A DNA stretch of 32,000 nucleotides, from the NCBI GenBank assembly GCA_046533775.1, contig JAWDOO010000003.1, positions 49,325 to 81,324 on the forward strand, read 5' to 3'. Made by a program: the position numbers and the translations under genes. This DNA comes from Candidatus Nanopusillus sp. GTDB taxonomy: Archaea; Nanobdellota; Nanobdellia; Nanobdellales; Nanobdellaceae. The notes beneath the pieces are model-generated. The model was not told the origin of the DNA, searched no databases, and was given only the letters and a program-made list of their open reading frames with translations. Shown here piece after piece: positions 15,556 through 24,695 of this stretch (the stretch's first letter is position 1; each line of letters starts with the position of its first letter).

Positions 15556-16440
15556 ATGTTGATATTATATTCAAAATATTTATTATATCATAATGATCCA
15601 AACCATATAGAAAATAATAGAAGATTGTTAGTAATAAAAAAATTGATAAAAAATAATTATAAGAAAATAGGAAAAATAAGAAAAGATATATATAGATATA
15701 TAAATTATGCACATAGCTGGAAATATATTAAAATTATAAAAAGAATTTGGAAAAATTCTTATAAAAATAATAGAATTATTTATTTGGATTCTGATACATA
15801 TATATCTCCTTTATCTTTTTATTCTATCCTTAAATCTGTCGAGGGTGTATTAGAGAGTATAGAAGTAAATAAAAAATATATTTTTATACCTACAAGACCT
15901 CCAGGTCATCATGTTCCAAGAAACCCATTAAATAATGATAAAACTTTAGGATTTTGTATATTTAATAATATTGCAATTGCTGGAATGTATGCGAGAAAAA
16001 TATATAAAAATGTATTAATTTTTGATATAGATTTACATCATGGAAATGGAACTCAAGATATAATTGAAAATAAGAAAAATATTTATTATATATCTACTCA
16101 TGCAAAAAATATATACCCAAATACTGGTTTAGAATCTGGAAATAATTATTTTGATTTTCCATTAGATTTTAATATAGACGATAATTATTATATTAAATTA
16201 TTAAAGGATAAAATATTTCCGCTAATTGAAGAAATAAATCCAGAAATTATATTAGTATCTTTGGGATTTGATATGCATAAAAAAGATCCCTTATCGGTAT
16301 TTAATATTACATTAAAGTCTTATGAATATGTTTTTAATTATTTAAAAAAGTTCAATAAGGTTATATATATACTAGAAGGTGGATATAATGAGAGAGTAAT
16401 TTATAATGGTATAAGTAAATTATTAAAAATATATGGATAA
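15556..16440 (+). CDS. Histone deacetylase-family (AcuC/acetylpolyamine amidohydrolase-like) zinc hydrolase
   Basis: RPPGHH, DIDLHHGNGTQ (D-x-H zinc ligands), GFDMHKKDPL and LEGGYN. I prefer the start at ATG 15556 (Met17 of the track ORF), which removes the overlap with the divergent thiI start and puts ATTTTTAT about 26 nt upstream. Confidence 0.8.
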   Translation: MLILYSKYLLYHNDPNHIENNRRLLVIKKLIKNNYKKIGKIRKDIYRYINYAHSWKYIKIIKRIWKNSYKNNRIIYLDSDTYISPLSFYSILKSVEGVLESIEVNKKYIFIPTRPPGHHVPRNPLNNDKTLGFCIFNNIAIAGMYARKIYKNVLIFDIDLHHGNGTQDIIENKKNIYYISTHAKNIYPNTGLESGNNYFDFPLDFNIDDNYYIKLLKDKIFPLIEEINPEIILVSLGFDMHKKDPLSVFNITLKSYEYVFNYLKKFNKVIYILEGGYNERVIYNGISKLLKIYG

Positions 16441-17533
16441 GTTTTATCTAGGATTCTCAATATCTTCATTTCAAACAGAGGGAAATTATAATAATCAGGA
16501 TTGGTATTATTTTATTAAAAATGGAAAGTTACCAGAAATAGATAATGCATGTAATTTATGGAAGATGTATTTAGATATAATACCAATATTAATTGATCTA
16601 AATGCAAATGCCTTTAGATTTTCAATAGATTGGGCTAGAATATATCAGAGTAAAAATAAGATAGATTATTATAGTACTAAAAGATATGTAGAATTTACTG
16701 ATAAATTAATAAAAAATAATATAGAACCATTTATAACCTTATGGCATTATGTAAATCCTTTATGGTTTTATAATTTGGGAGGATGGGAAAATAAAGAAAA
16801 TATAGAATACTTTATTGATTATTCATATTTTATAATTGATACATTTTCAAAATTGGGTGTTAAGTATTTTATATCATTTAATGAACCATGGGTATATATA
16901 TTATCTTCTTACATATTCGGAAAATGGCCTCCATTTAAAAAAGTAAATTCAATAGATGATTTAAAGAATGCAATAGCAATATTAGATAATATATTTTATG
17001 CAAATAGGGAATTATATAAAATAACAAAAGAATTTAATGTTTATTTAATATATACAGAAAATTTATCATTATTAAAATTACCATTTAACTTTTTATTAAA
17101 GGATATAATAAGTTCAAATATTCATTTAATATTTCCAAAAGAAATAGATTTCTATGGAATAAACTATTATGGCATATATAAAGATTTAAAGGATATATAC
17201 GAAAGAAAACCATCCTTTAGTATATCTATATTAGATGATATCTTAAAGAATTTAGACAAACCAATATTTATAACAGAGAATGGAGTAAATACTGAAGATG
17301 AATTTTTAAGAGTTAGAATTATTAAAAGATATTTAAATTATTTTGTAAAAAATAGAGAAAAGTACAATATAAAAGGATATTTTATATGGTCTTTGATGGA
17401 TAATTATGAGTGGGATTTTGGATATAATGCAAAATTTGGAATATTAAATAGAAATTTGTCAAAGAAAGATTCATATTATGAGATAAAGGAAATATATAGA
17501 AAATTAAATCAAAAGCTTAATATATCCAAGTAG
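16433..17533 (+). CDS. Glycoside hydrolase family 1 (beta-glucosidase/galactosidase-like), compact
   Basis: SSFQTEGN, FRFSIDWARI, TLWHYVNPLW, FNEPWVY (acid/base Glu), ITENGV (nucleophile Glu) and WSLMDNYEWDFGY. 366 aa is well below typical GH1 length. 8-nt overlap with the HDAC-like gene. Confidence 0.8.
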   Translation: MDKFYLGFSISSFQTEGNYNNQDWYYFIKNGKLPEIDNACNLWKMYLDIIPILIDLNANAFRFSIDWARIYQSKNKIDYYSTKRYVEFTDKLIKNNIEPFITLWHYVNPLWFYNLGGWENKENIEYFIDYSYFIIDTFSKLGVKYFISFNEPWVYILSSYIFGKWPPFKKVNSIDDLKNAIAILDNIFYANRELYKITKEFNVYLIYTENLSLLKLPFNFLLKDIISSNIHLIFPKEIDFYGINYYGIYKDLKDIYERKPSFSISILDDILKNLDKPIFITENGVNTEDEFLRVRIIKRYLNYFVKNREKYNIKGYFIWSLMDNYEWDFGYNAKFGILNRNLSKKDSYYEIKEIYRKLNQKLNISK

Positions 17534-18013
17534 AGGTATTCTTAATATTCCAATCCCAATAATTCTATTTGGATTCATATTATTTTCTCCTTCAAATATT
17601 ATTGGTCCAGGATTATTATCACCCATAATTATAAAGTTACTATTATTATAACCAACTATTCTATGAAAAATATCTTCATTTTTATACAATGATATTCCTT
17701 TATATAAAATTACATCACCAATTTTTAAATATTGCGTATTAATGGGTAAAATTATTACTATATCTCCAACATACAACCCATTTGGATATGGAAATTGAGA
17801 AAATTCTTGTTGTGTAATATTATATTGTTCATATTTTTGGAAATTAAAATAATAATGTTCCATGCTTGGAGATACTATTACTGAAAATAATGGTGGATAT
17901 ACAATTTGAATAATAAAATATACAATAAATATAAATATTAGAAATAAAATATCACTCAAATAATCATCTCCAAAAAATATTCTTATTATAAGTTTCTTTA
18001 TTTTTTCAATCAT
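17504..18013 (-). CDS. Signal peptidase I (archaeal Sec11/S26B type)
   Basis: N-terminal TM, VSPSMEH (catalytic Ser box), GDIVII, FHRIVG (His box) and MGDNNPGP (GDN box). 8-nt overlap with tfs. Confidence 0.8.
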   Translation of the reverse strand: MIEKIKKLIIRIFFGDDYLSDILFLIFIFIVYFIIQIVYPPLFSVIVSPSMEHYYFNFQKYEQYNITQQEFSQFPYPNGLYVGDIVIILPINTQYLKIGDVILYKGISLYKNEDIFHRIVGYNNSNFIIMGDNNPGPIIFEGENNMNPNRIIGIGILRIPLLGYIKLLI

Positions 18014-18320
18014 ATATTCTCCATGTATATCCGCACTTTACACATCTATAAAATTTTGTTTCACCTTCATCTCCAGCTCTTGTTTGAATAGACCAGAAAT
18101 ATGCCCCCTTATTTCCGCATCTAGGACATTCAACCTCATTATCAACTGGATATAATTTATAATCTTCTTCCATAATTGTAATTTCTGAAGATTTATTTAT
18201 ATTTTCTGTAAGTAATAAAGAATTTTCATCTTTTATTTTCTCTTTATATCCGCAATTTGGACATACCAAATAGTTATTTTCTTTTTTCATTAAGCTCCCA
18301 CATTTTGGACAAAATTTCAT
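18006..18320 (-). CDS. tfs: Transcription factor S (TFS; RpoM/TFIIS-like)
   Basis: N-terminal zinc ribbon CPKCGS...CPNCG. C-terminal ribbon CPRCG...QTRAGDEGETKFYRCVKCGYTW retains the acidic D-E loop. Confidence 0.88.
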   Translation of the reverse strand: MKFCPKCGSLMKKENNYLVCPNCGYKEKIKDENSLLLTENINKSSEITIMEEDYKLYPVDNEVECPRCGNKGAYFWSIQTRAGDEGETKFYRCVKCGYTWRIYD

Positions 18321-18346
18321 AAAAATATTTTATATTATAGAAATGT

Positions 18347-19132
18347 TTATAAACCTTCTATTCTTTTATTTATCTTTAAAAATATTCCAAATAGAGTAAT
18401 AAAGAATATAGCAATTGATATATTTATTTCAAATGAAAAATTGTTTATAATATTTTCTAATTTATAATTAATAGTCTGATCATATTGATTTAAATATTCA
18501 TTTATTGTTGAATTTAAATTATTCAAAAATGTTTGATTTACATATGTTAAATTATTGTATAATATATATGCTCCATTTGTATCACCTTCATTTTCTAAAA
18601 TATTTATTGCTGTTTCATAACCACCAATATATGTATTTAACAATTGATATTCATACATTTGATATAGATCATTTATGTTTGAAATATATAGACTCTCTAA
18701 CTTATTATGTATAAATTGACTTACTATATTAATAAATATTGGATTTTTAATAACAATAAGTAAAATTGATAAAAAATAGATTATCATTGCAAAAAAAGAA
18801 TATTCCTTTTTTATTATTTTAAATATAAAGAATAATGAAATCATTATATATATGTTTATAAAATTATTGAAAAATAAAAGACCAATAATATAATATATAA
18901 TTCCAATAATTAAATAGAAAGCTTTATTTTTTATTTTTATTGAGAAATATGTTCCTAAATAGAATGTTATTAAAAAAGATAATAAACTAATTGATAATAA
19001 AAATAAAAGACCATAATTTATTGTTGAGTATAATAAATTATTTATTAAATCAAGAGAATATATATAAGAAAAGTATAAAGCTATAGAAGATTCTATATAT
19101 AAAATTAATGATAATATATAATTTCTAATCAT
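18347..19132 (-). CDS. Hypothetical polytopic membrane protein
   Basis: 261-aa ORF with 4-5 hydrophobic helices, a polar Asn/Tyr-rich segment with sequons, and a C-terminal TM. No recognisable family. Confidence 0.55.
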   Translation of the reverse strand: MIRNYILSLILYIESSIALYFSYIYSLDLINNLLYSTINYGLLFLLSISLLSFLITFYLGTYFSIKIKNKAFYLIIGIIYYIIGLLFFNNFINIYIMISLFFIFKIIKKEYSFFAMIIYFLSILLIVIKNPIFINIVSQFIHNKLESLYISNINDLYQMYEYQLLNTYIGGYETAINILENEGDTNGAYILYNNLTYVNQTFLNNLNSTINEYLNQYDQTINYKLENIINNFSFEINISIAIFFITLFGIFLKINKRIEGL

Positions 19133-19184
19133 AAATTGTTTTTTTTAATAAAATTTTTAAAGATATTTTAATAAGTTATGGAGA

Positions 19185-19985
19185 ATGGATTTATATCCAA
19201 TAATATTGGGAATAATCCAGGGTATTAGTGAATGGTTGCCAATAAGTAGTAAAACACAAATTCTGATAGCTTCAAATTATTTGCTTAATATTAATCCTTC
19301 AATTGGATATACATTTGGATTATTTATGGAAATTGGAACAGTATTATCTGCTTTATTATACTTTAGGAGAGATATATATCAAATATTAAAGGATAAAAAA
19401 ATGTTATATTATATAATTATTGCAACAATTTTTACAGGCTTAGTTGGTGCTCCTTTATATATTATTTCTGATAAATTATTGGAAAATGCTTATAATAAAT
19501 CCATACCAATGATAATTTTAGGATTAATACTTATTCTAGATGGAATCTATATATATTATACAAGGAATAAAATAAAAATAAAGGATAAAAAAGATCTTAA
19601 TTTAAGAGATATAATTATTATTGGAACTTCACAGGGTCTTGCGGCTCTACCTGGTGTTAGTAGATCTGGAATTACTATATCCACTATGTTATTAATGGAA
19701 TATGATCCAAAATTTGCTTTTTCACTTTCATATATTTTATATATACCAGCAGCTCTTGGAGCATTTTTTCTAACTATATTAGTCTCTAAATCTAATATCA
19801 TGTATGTAGTATCTAATATAGGATATTACGGAATTTTAACTGCTATAATTGTTTCTTTTATAGTCGGATATTTAACTATTGGTATTTTAATGAAATTAGC
19901 AAAAAGTAAAAAAATATATTATATTGATTATATACTTGGTAGTATAGCAATAATAATTAGTCTAATAGGTTTGATATATGGTTAA
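19185..19985 (+). CDS. uppP: Undecaprenyl/polyprenyl-diphosphatase (UppP/BacA family)
   Basis: GIIQGISEWLPISSKTQ (E-x-LP-x-SS motif) and QGLAALPGVSRSGITIS (PG-x-SRSG motif). 8 TM-like segments. Confidence 0.88.
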   Translation: MDLYPIILGIIQGISEWLPISSKTQILIASNYLLNINPSIGYTFGLFMEIGTVLSALLYFRRDIYQILKDKKMLYYIIIATIFTGLVGAPLYIISDKLLENAYNKSIPMIILGLILILDGIYIYYTRNKIKIKDKKDLNLRDIIIIGTSQGLAALPGVSRSGITISTMLLMEYDPKFAFSLSYILYIPAALGAFFLTILVSKSNIMYVVSNIGYYGILTAIIVSFIVGYLTIGILMKLAKSKKIYYIDYILGSIAIIISLIGLIYG

Positions 19986-19994
19986 ATATAATAA

Positions 19995-20002
19995 TTTATA
20001 TA
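19995..20002 (+). promoter_or_regulatory. Consensus TATA box for leaderless surface-protein gene
   Basis: TTTATATA is centred 26.5 nt upstream of the A of ATG 20025. The spacing and the TTTATATATT core are identical to the promoter at 8267..8276. Confidence 0.5.
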
Positions 20003-20024
20003 TTTGAATTAGAAAATATTATAC

Positions 20025-21440
20025 ATGGATTGGAAGAAGCTTTTGTTAGGTATTTTAATAATACCAATTATGCTAAAAATATATTCGCAGCAGCCAATAA
20101 TTGGATATCCAGTGGTAATAAATAATCAAATTAATATATCCAATCCAAATAGTTATGCGATATATGAAATAGATATATATAATCCAACAAGTTATACATA
20201 TTATTATGATATTTCTCCACTATCTTCTCAATGGTTCTTTATCATAGGAGAAAATAATACGATGATTTCTGGATATTTATATCCAGGTCAATTAGAGAAC
20301 ATAGAAATATATATGAGACCTTTGGGTTTTATCAATCAAATACCAGAAATAGTTGTATATTTGCATAATCTAAATGTTACCTCAGAATTTTATTCAAATA
20401 TAATTCAATTTACTCCAGTATTATATTATAATCAACCAACCATAACTAATTCAACCGTTATTTTGCCATTATCTATAAACTTTGAATTATCAAGTTCAAC
20501 AGTAGCTCAAAATAGCTTTATATATTTGATAGGAATAATAAATAATCCAAACAATTATAGTCAGAATTTATCAATTAATATATCTTCAGATATTAACTTT
20601 TCAGCTTTCTATAATGAGACATTAAGTCCTGGAGTAAATATATATCAGATTCCAATATTTATATCAGATAATGTTTCTATAGGGAATCATCAATTGATAA
20701 TATATTCAAATAATAATACATATTATCTAAATTTCACGGTTTTTCAATTAAATACAACTCCATTAATAGAAATAACTAAAAATGGATTAGAATACATAAT
20801 AAATATAACAAATCCATATAATTATCCAATTAATTATACATACTATTTACAAAGTTATTATGGAATATTTTCTACATTTTATCCAAATCACTATTATACT
20901 GGTAATATAAATGGATCTAAATATGCTATATATAATGTATTTTTATTACCTGGTCAGTCTTATACAATATATGAAAATTTCAATTACCTATTATTAGCTG
21001 AAATTATAGCTATAATATTGATAGTATTATTTATAATATTCTATGTATTGTTAAGGGATAATGTAGAAATATCAAAAGAAATATTGAAAATTGATTTAGA
21101 TAAAGAAACAATAGATATAACAATAAATATAAAAAATAAAAGTATATTTCAATTAAATCAGGTTAAATTAATAGATAGAATAAACGAACCATTAAAAGTA
21201 AAAGAATATAAAATTGTAGAACCATCTTCAGTTTATAAGGTGGATAATAACTATAGTTTAAATTGGAAATTTGATAATATAAGAAGAAATGAAGAAATAA
21301 TTATTTCTTATATGTTAGAAGCAAAAGATATAAAGGAATATAAAAATATAGAATTGCCAAGAGCAGAATTAAGATATAGATATTTAATTTGGGATAGGGT
21401 TAAATATTCCAACGGATTAATTATAAGAATTACAAAATAA
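20025..21440 (+). CDS. Hypothetical surface glycoprotein-like membrane protein
   Basis: Sec-type signal (MDWKKLLLGILIIPIMLKIYS). The ectodomain of about 300 aa has about 16 N-x-S/T sequons. One TM (LLLAEIIAIILIVLFIIFYVLL), then a beta-rich C-terminal domain of about 125 aa. No family recognised. Confidence 0.55.
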   Translation: MDWKKLLLGILIIPIMLKIYSQQPIIGYPVVINNQINISNPNSYAIYEIDIYNPTSYTYYYDISPLSSQWFFIIGENNTMISGYLYPGQLENIEIYMRPLGFINQIPEIVVYLHNLNVTSEFYSNIIQFTPVLYYNQPTITNSTVILPLSINFELSSSTVAQNSFIYLIGIINNPNNYSQNLSINISSDINFSAFYNETLSPGVNIYQIPIFISDNVSIGNHQLIIYSNNNTYYLNFTVFQLNTTPLIEITKNGLEYIINITNPYNYPINYTYYLQSYYGIFSTFYPNHYYTGNINGSKYAIYNVFLLPGQSYTIYENFNYLLLAEIIAIILIVLFIIFYVLLRDNVEISKEILKIDLDKETIDITINIKNKSIFQLNQVKLIDRINEPLKVKEYKIVEPSSVYKVDNNYSLNWKFDNIRRNEEIIISYMLEAKDIKEYKNIELPRAELRYRYLIWDRVKYSNGLIIRITK

Positions 21441-21447
21441 TTTCTAC

Positions 21448-21452
21448 TTTTT
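21448..21452 (+). terminator. T5 tract after the surface-protein gene
   Basis: TAA(21438..21440)-TTTC-TACTTTTTAGT. The same 11-mer occurs after the pilin-like gene at 8800..8810. Confidence 0.35.
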
Positions 21453-21497
21453 AGTTAATCTTTAACCTTTTATTTTTAGGTATATATTATTTATATA

Positions 21498-22358
21498 ATG
21501 GAAGATTTAAGGACTGGTTATCAAATTACATGGTGTCCTGGATGTACAAACTTTGGTATATATACAGTAATAATTTCTACTTTAAAAGAATTGGAATCTG
21601 AAGGAAAAATTGATATAAGGAAGATCGTATTTGCATCAGGAATTGGTTGTGCTGGAAAGATACATAATTATTTAAATTTAAGTTCATTTAGTGGATTACA
21701 TGGAAGAGCATTACCATTGGGAGTTGGAATAAAGATGGGAAATCCAGAATTAACTGTTTTAGTATTTCAGGGAGATGGAGATACATATAATGAAGGAATA
21801 GATCATTTTATTTCTTCATGTAAAGAAAATGCAGATGTAAAGTTATTTGTTCATAATAATCAGGTATTTGCATTAACAACTGCTCAGCATACATTTACAA
21901 CCGAAGAGGGATATTATTCAAAATCTTTAGGAATGAAAGTATTTGAAAAACCATTAAATCCCATTGCATTGGCATTATTATCTGGTGCTACTTTCGTTGC
22001 TAGAGGATATGCATTATGGTTAGATCACTTAAAATATATAATGAAAGAAGCAATATTACATAAAGGATTTGCATTTGTAGATATAATTCAACCATGTATT
22101 GCTCAACATGATACAAGGAAATATTATGAAACACATATGTATAAATTAGAAGATATAGGACACAATCCAACAAGTTTTGATGAAGCATTAAAAAAGGCTT
22201 TGGAATATGATTATACATTAAGAGAAGATGCAAAAATTCCTATAGGTATATTTTATAAAGGATCTAGGATTACATTGCATGAAGGATTGAAAGTACAACC
22301 ATTTTATAAAATAAATAGAGAATTGAATTTGGATGTTTTGAGTCAAATAACTGTATAA
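21498..22358 (+). CDS. 2-oxoacid:ferredoxin oxidoreductase beta (TPP-binding) subunit
   Basis: WCPGCTNFG, SGIGCAGK, HGRALPLGVG, a TPP motif GDGDTYNEG...(about 30 aa)...HNN, and a later QPC. The four Cys expected for the beta-subunit Fe-S cluster are present. Confidence 0.85.
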   Translation: MEDLRTGYQITWCPGCTNFGIYTVIISTLKELESEGKIDIRKIVFASGIGCAGKIHNYLNLSSFSGLHGRALPLGVGIKMGNPELTVLVFQGDGDTYNEGIDHFISSCKENADVKLFVHNNQVFALTTAQHTFTTEEGYYSKSLGMKVFEKPLNPIALALLSGATFVARGYALWLDHLKYIMKEAILHKGFAFVDIIQPCIAQHDTRKYYETHMYKLEDIGHNPTSFDEALKKALEYDYTLREDAKIPIGIFYKGSRITLHEGLKVQPFYKINRELNLDVLSQITV

Positions 22359-22361
22359 AAA

Positions 22362-22366
22362 TTTTT
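22362..22366 (+). terminator. T5 tract after the oxidoreductase beta gene
   Basis: TAA(22356..22358)-AAA-TTTTT. Confidence 0.25.
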
Positions 22367-22382
22367 ATAATATATATTTTTT

Positions 22383-22904
22383 ATGTATGCATATGAATTT
22401 GATATAAAGGATATAAAAGTAAGTGAACTTGAAAATTTATTAAAAGAGAGGAATATAAAATATAATAGAAATAAAAATAAAATAATTGTTTATTGTGAAG
22501 ACTTTTATTTCTTATATAAATTTGATAAATTTGTAAAGGGATTAAAGGCAGGTTTTGATATTAAAAAATTATTAAATATATTAGATAATGATTGGGATAT
22601 ATTAGAAATTGATTTAAAACAGGTATTTGAAAAGAAAATGAACCATATAGTTAGAATAAAGGGAAGAATTATTGGAGAAGAAGGAAAGATATTAGAAGAA
22701 TTAAGAAAAAGGACAAATGCTGATATAATTATTAAAGATAAATATATATACTTACTTGGAGATAACATTTCTTTACAATCAGCATATGAAGGGATAAAAA
22801 GAATAATAAAGGGGGAAAAACATAGTACAGTATTCAATTATTTGGACAAATATATAAAAGATTTAAGGAATAAAGATAAAGAATTTGCAAGATATATTAA
22901 ATAA
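22383..22904 (+). CDS. KH-domain RNA-binding protein (aDim2/Pno1-like)
   Basis: IVRIKGRIIGEEGKILEELRKRTNADIIIKD contains the KH G-x-x-G loop. The 173-aa size and a second KH-like N-terminal half fit archaeal Dim2-like proteins. Confidence 0.65.
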   Translation: MYAYEFDIKDIKVSELENLLKERNIKYNRNKNKIIVYCEDFYFLYKFDKFVKGLKAGFDIKKLLNILDNDWDILEIDLKQVFEKKMNHIVRIKGRIIGEEGKILEELRKRTNADIIIKDKYIYLLGDNISLQSAYEGIKRIIKGEKHSTVFNYLDKYIKDLRNKDKEFARYIK

Positions 22905-22936
22905 CATTTTAAAATATTAAAATAAATATTTTTTAA

Positions 22937-24679
22937 ATGAAAGAAAAAATTAAACAAGATGTTCAAGAAGCTGAATTATATAAAAAGTTTAAAAGAATAT
23001 CTGTAGCAGAATTTTTTGAAAGAAATAGACATTTGTTAGGATTCGATAGTCCTAGGAAAGCTCTACTAATTGCAGTAAAAGAATATGTTGATAATTCATT
23101 AGATGCGTGTGAAGAATATAAAATATTACCAGATATAAAGGTTGAAATAGATAGATTGGAAAATGATGCTTACAAAGTAACTGTAGAAGATAATGGACCA
23201 GGTATACCATATGAAAGTGTTCCAGAAATATTTGGTAGTTTTCTATTTGGTTCAAAGTTTCATAGGTTTATATCAACAAGGGGAAAACAAGGTATTGGAG
23301 CATCGGCAGTTACTTTATATTCACAACTTACAACAAAAGAGCCTGTAGAAATTATTACAAAAATGAAAAATAAAGAAAAAGGAATAAAATATAAAATAAA
23401 GATTGATGTAAAAACAAATAGCCCAATAATTTTAGAAAAAGAAGAAATTGAAATGAAAAAAGAAAGTGGTACAATTGTAAAAGCAAAATTAATAGGTCAA
23501 TATATAAAAGGTAAACAATCTGTTGATGAATATATTAGATTAACAGCATTAATAAATCCACATGCAAATATAATTTATAAAAATCCAGATGGAGAAAAAT
23601 TTGTTTATAAAAGAATAATAAATGATATTCCAGAATTAAAAGAAGTAAAGCCACATCCTTATGGTATTGAATTAGGATATTTTGATAGATTAATAAGAGA
23701 GACAAAAGAAAAAACATTATTAAATTTTTTAACTAAAACATTCTCATCTGTAGGACAAAATACAGCAATAGAAATACTAAAGAAAGCAAAATTAGATCCA
23801 GATACTGATCCTAAGAATTTAAATGATGATCAGATTATAAAATTATACAATGCATTACAAAATGCAAAGCTGAGGGCAATTCCATCAAAATATATTGTAA
23901 CTCTTGGTAGAGATATAATATTAAAGAGTATGGAAAATATACTTAAACCAGAATATATGGCTGCAATAAGGAGGAAACCAGCATTATATAGAGGTATACC
24001 ATTTATAGTAGAAGTTGGGATTGCATATGGTGGGGAAATAAATGAATTTCAATATTATAGATTTGCAAATAGAGTACCATTGTTATATAAATCTGGAGAA
24101 GATGCAATAACACATGCATTAAAAGAAATTAATTGGAAACATTATGGATTTGAAGTTGAAGGGGAATTTCCAAAGGATCCAATGGCAATATTAGTCCATG
24201 TTGCATCTGTCTGGTTACCATTTACTTCAGAATCAAAGGAAGCAATTGCTCCATATGATGAAATAATAAAAGAAATTGAATTGGGAATTAAAAATGCACT
24301 AAGAGAATTATCAGTATATATTAAGAAAAAGAAGGCTTTAGAAACAATTGGAGATAAATATAAAAATTTATATGGATATGGATTAGAAGTTATAGATTCT
24401 TTAAGTTCTATACTAGATATTGAAAAAGAAAAAGTAGAAAAAAGGGTAAAAGAAAGAATAAAGAAGGAATTAGTAAATGATATATATGAAATATTAAAAT
24501 CTGTTAGAGAAGTAAAAAATTTGTTAAAAGAGGGAAAAGATGATAGAGCAGTAACATTAATTAAAAATATGTTAAAAGATACAGTAAAAATTAATCTATT
24601 AAGCGAAAAAGAATTAGAAGATATGATAATAGAAGTGATAAATGATGTTAAAAAGAACAAGTTGAGCTTATTAAGTTAA
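22937..24679 (+). CDS. top6B: DNA topoisomerase VI subunit B
   Basis: SVAEFFERNRHLLGFD, EYVDNSLDACEE (Bergerat N-box), VEDNGPGIP (G1 box), TRGKQGIGASA (G2 box) and a transducer domain. Confidence 0.93.
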   Translation: MKEKIKQDVQEAELYKKFKRISVAEFFERNRHLLGFDSPRKALLIAVKEYVDNSLDACEEYKILPDIKVEIDRLENDAYKVTVEDNGPGIPYESVPEIFGSFLFGSKFHRFISTRGKQGIGASAVTLYSQLTTKEPVEIITKMKNKEKGIKYKIKIDVKTNSPIILEKEEIEMKKESGTIVKAKLIGQYIKGKQSVDEYIRLTALINPHANIIYKNPDGEKFVYKRIINDIPELKEVKPHPYGIELGYFDRLIRETKEKTLLNFLTKTFSSVGQNTAIEILKKAKLDPDTDPKNLNDDQIIKLYNALQNAKLRAIPSKYIVTLGRDIILKSMENILKPEYMAAIRRKPALYRGIPFIVEVGIAYGGEINEFQYYRFANRVPLLYKSGEDAITHALKEINWKHYGFEVEGEFPKDPMAILVHVASVWLPFTSESKEAIAPYDEIIKEIELGIKNALRELSVYIKKKKALETIGDKYKNLYGYGLEVIDSLSSILDIEKEKVEKRVKERIKKELVNDIYEILKSVREVKNLLKEGKDDRAVTLIKNMLKDTVKINLLSEKELEDMIIEVINDVKKNKLSLLS

Positions 24680-24695
24680 CTTATAATAAAATAAA

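Noticed and set aside
24142-24660. 172-aa ORF antisense to top6B; similar antisense ORFs lie at 23052..23255, 23535..23717 and 24919..25347 within top6B/top6A
   Set aside because: Shadow frames of Lys/Glu-rich sense sequence (F/S/L-rich translation), fully nested in well-supported genes.
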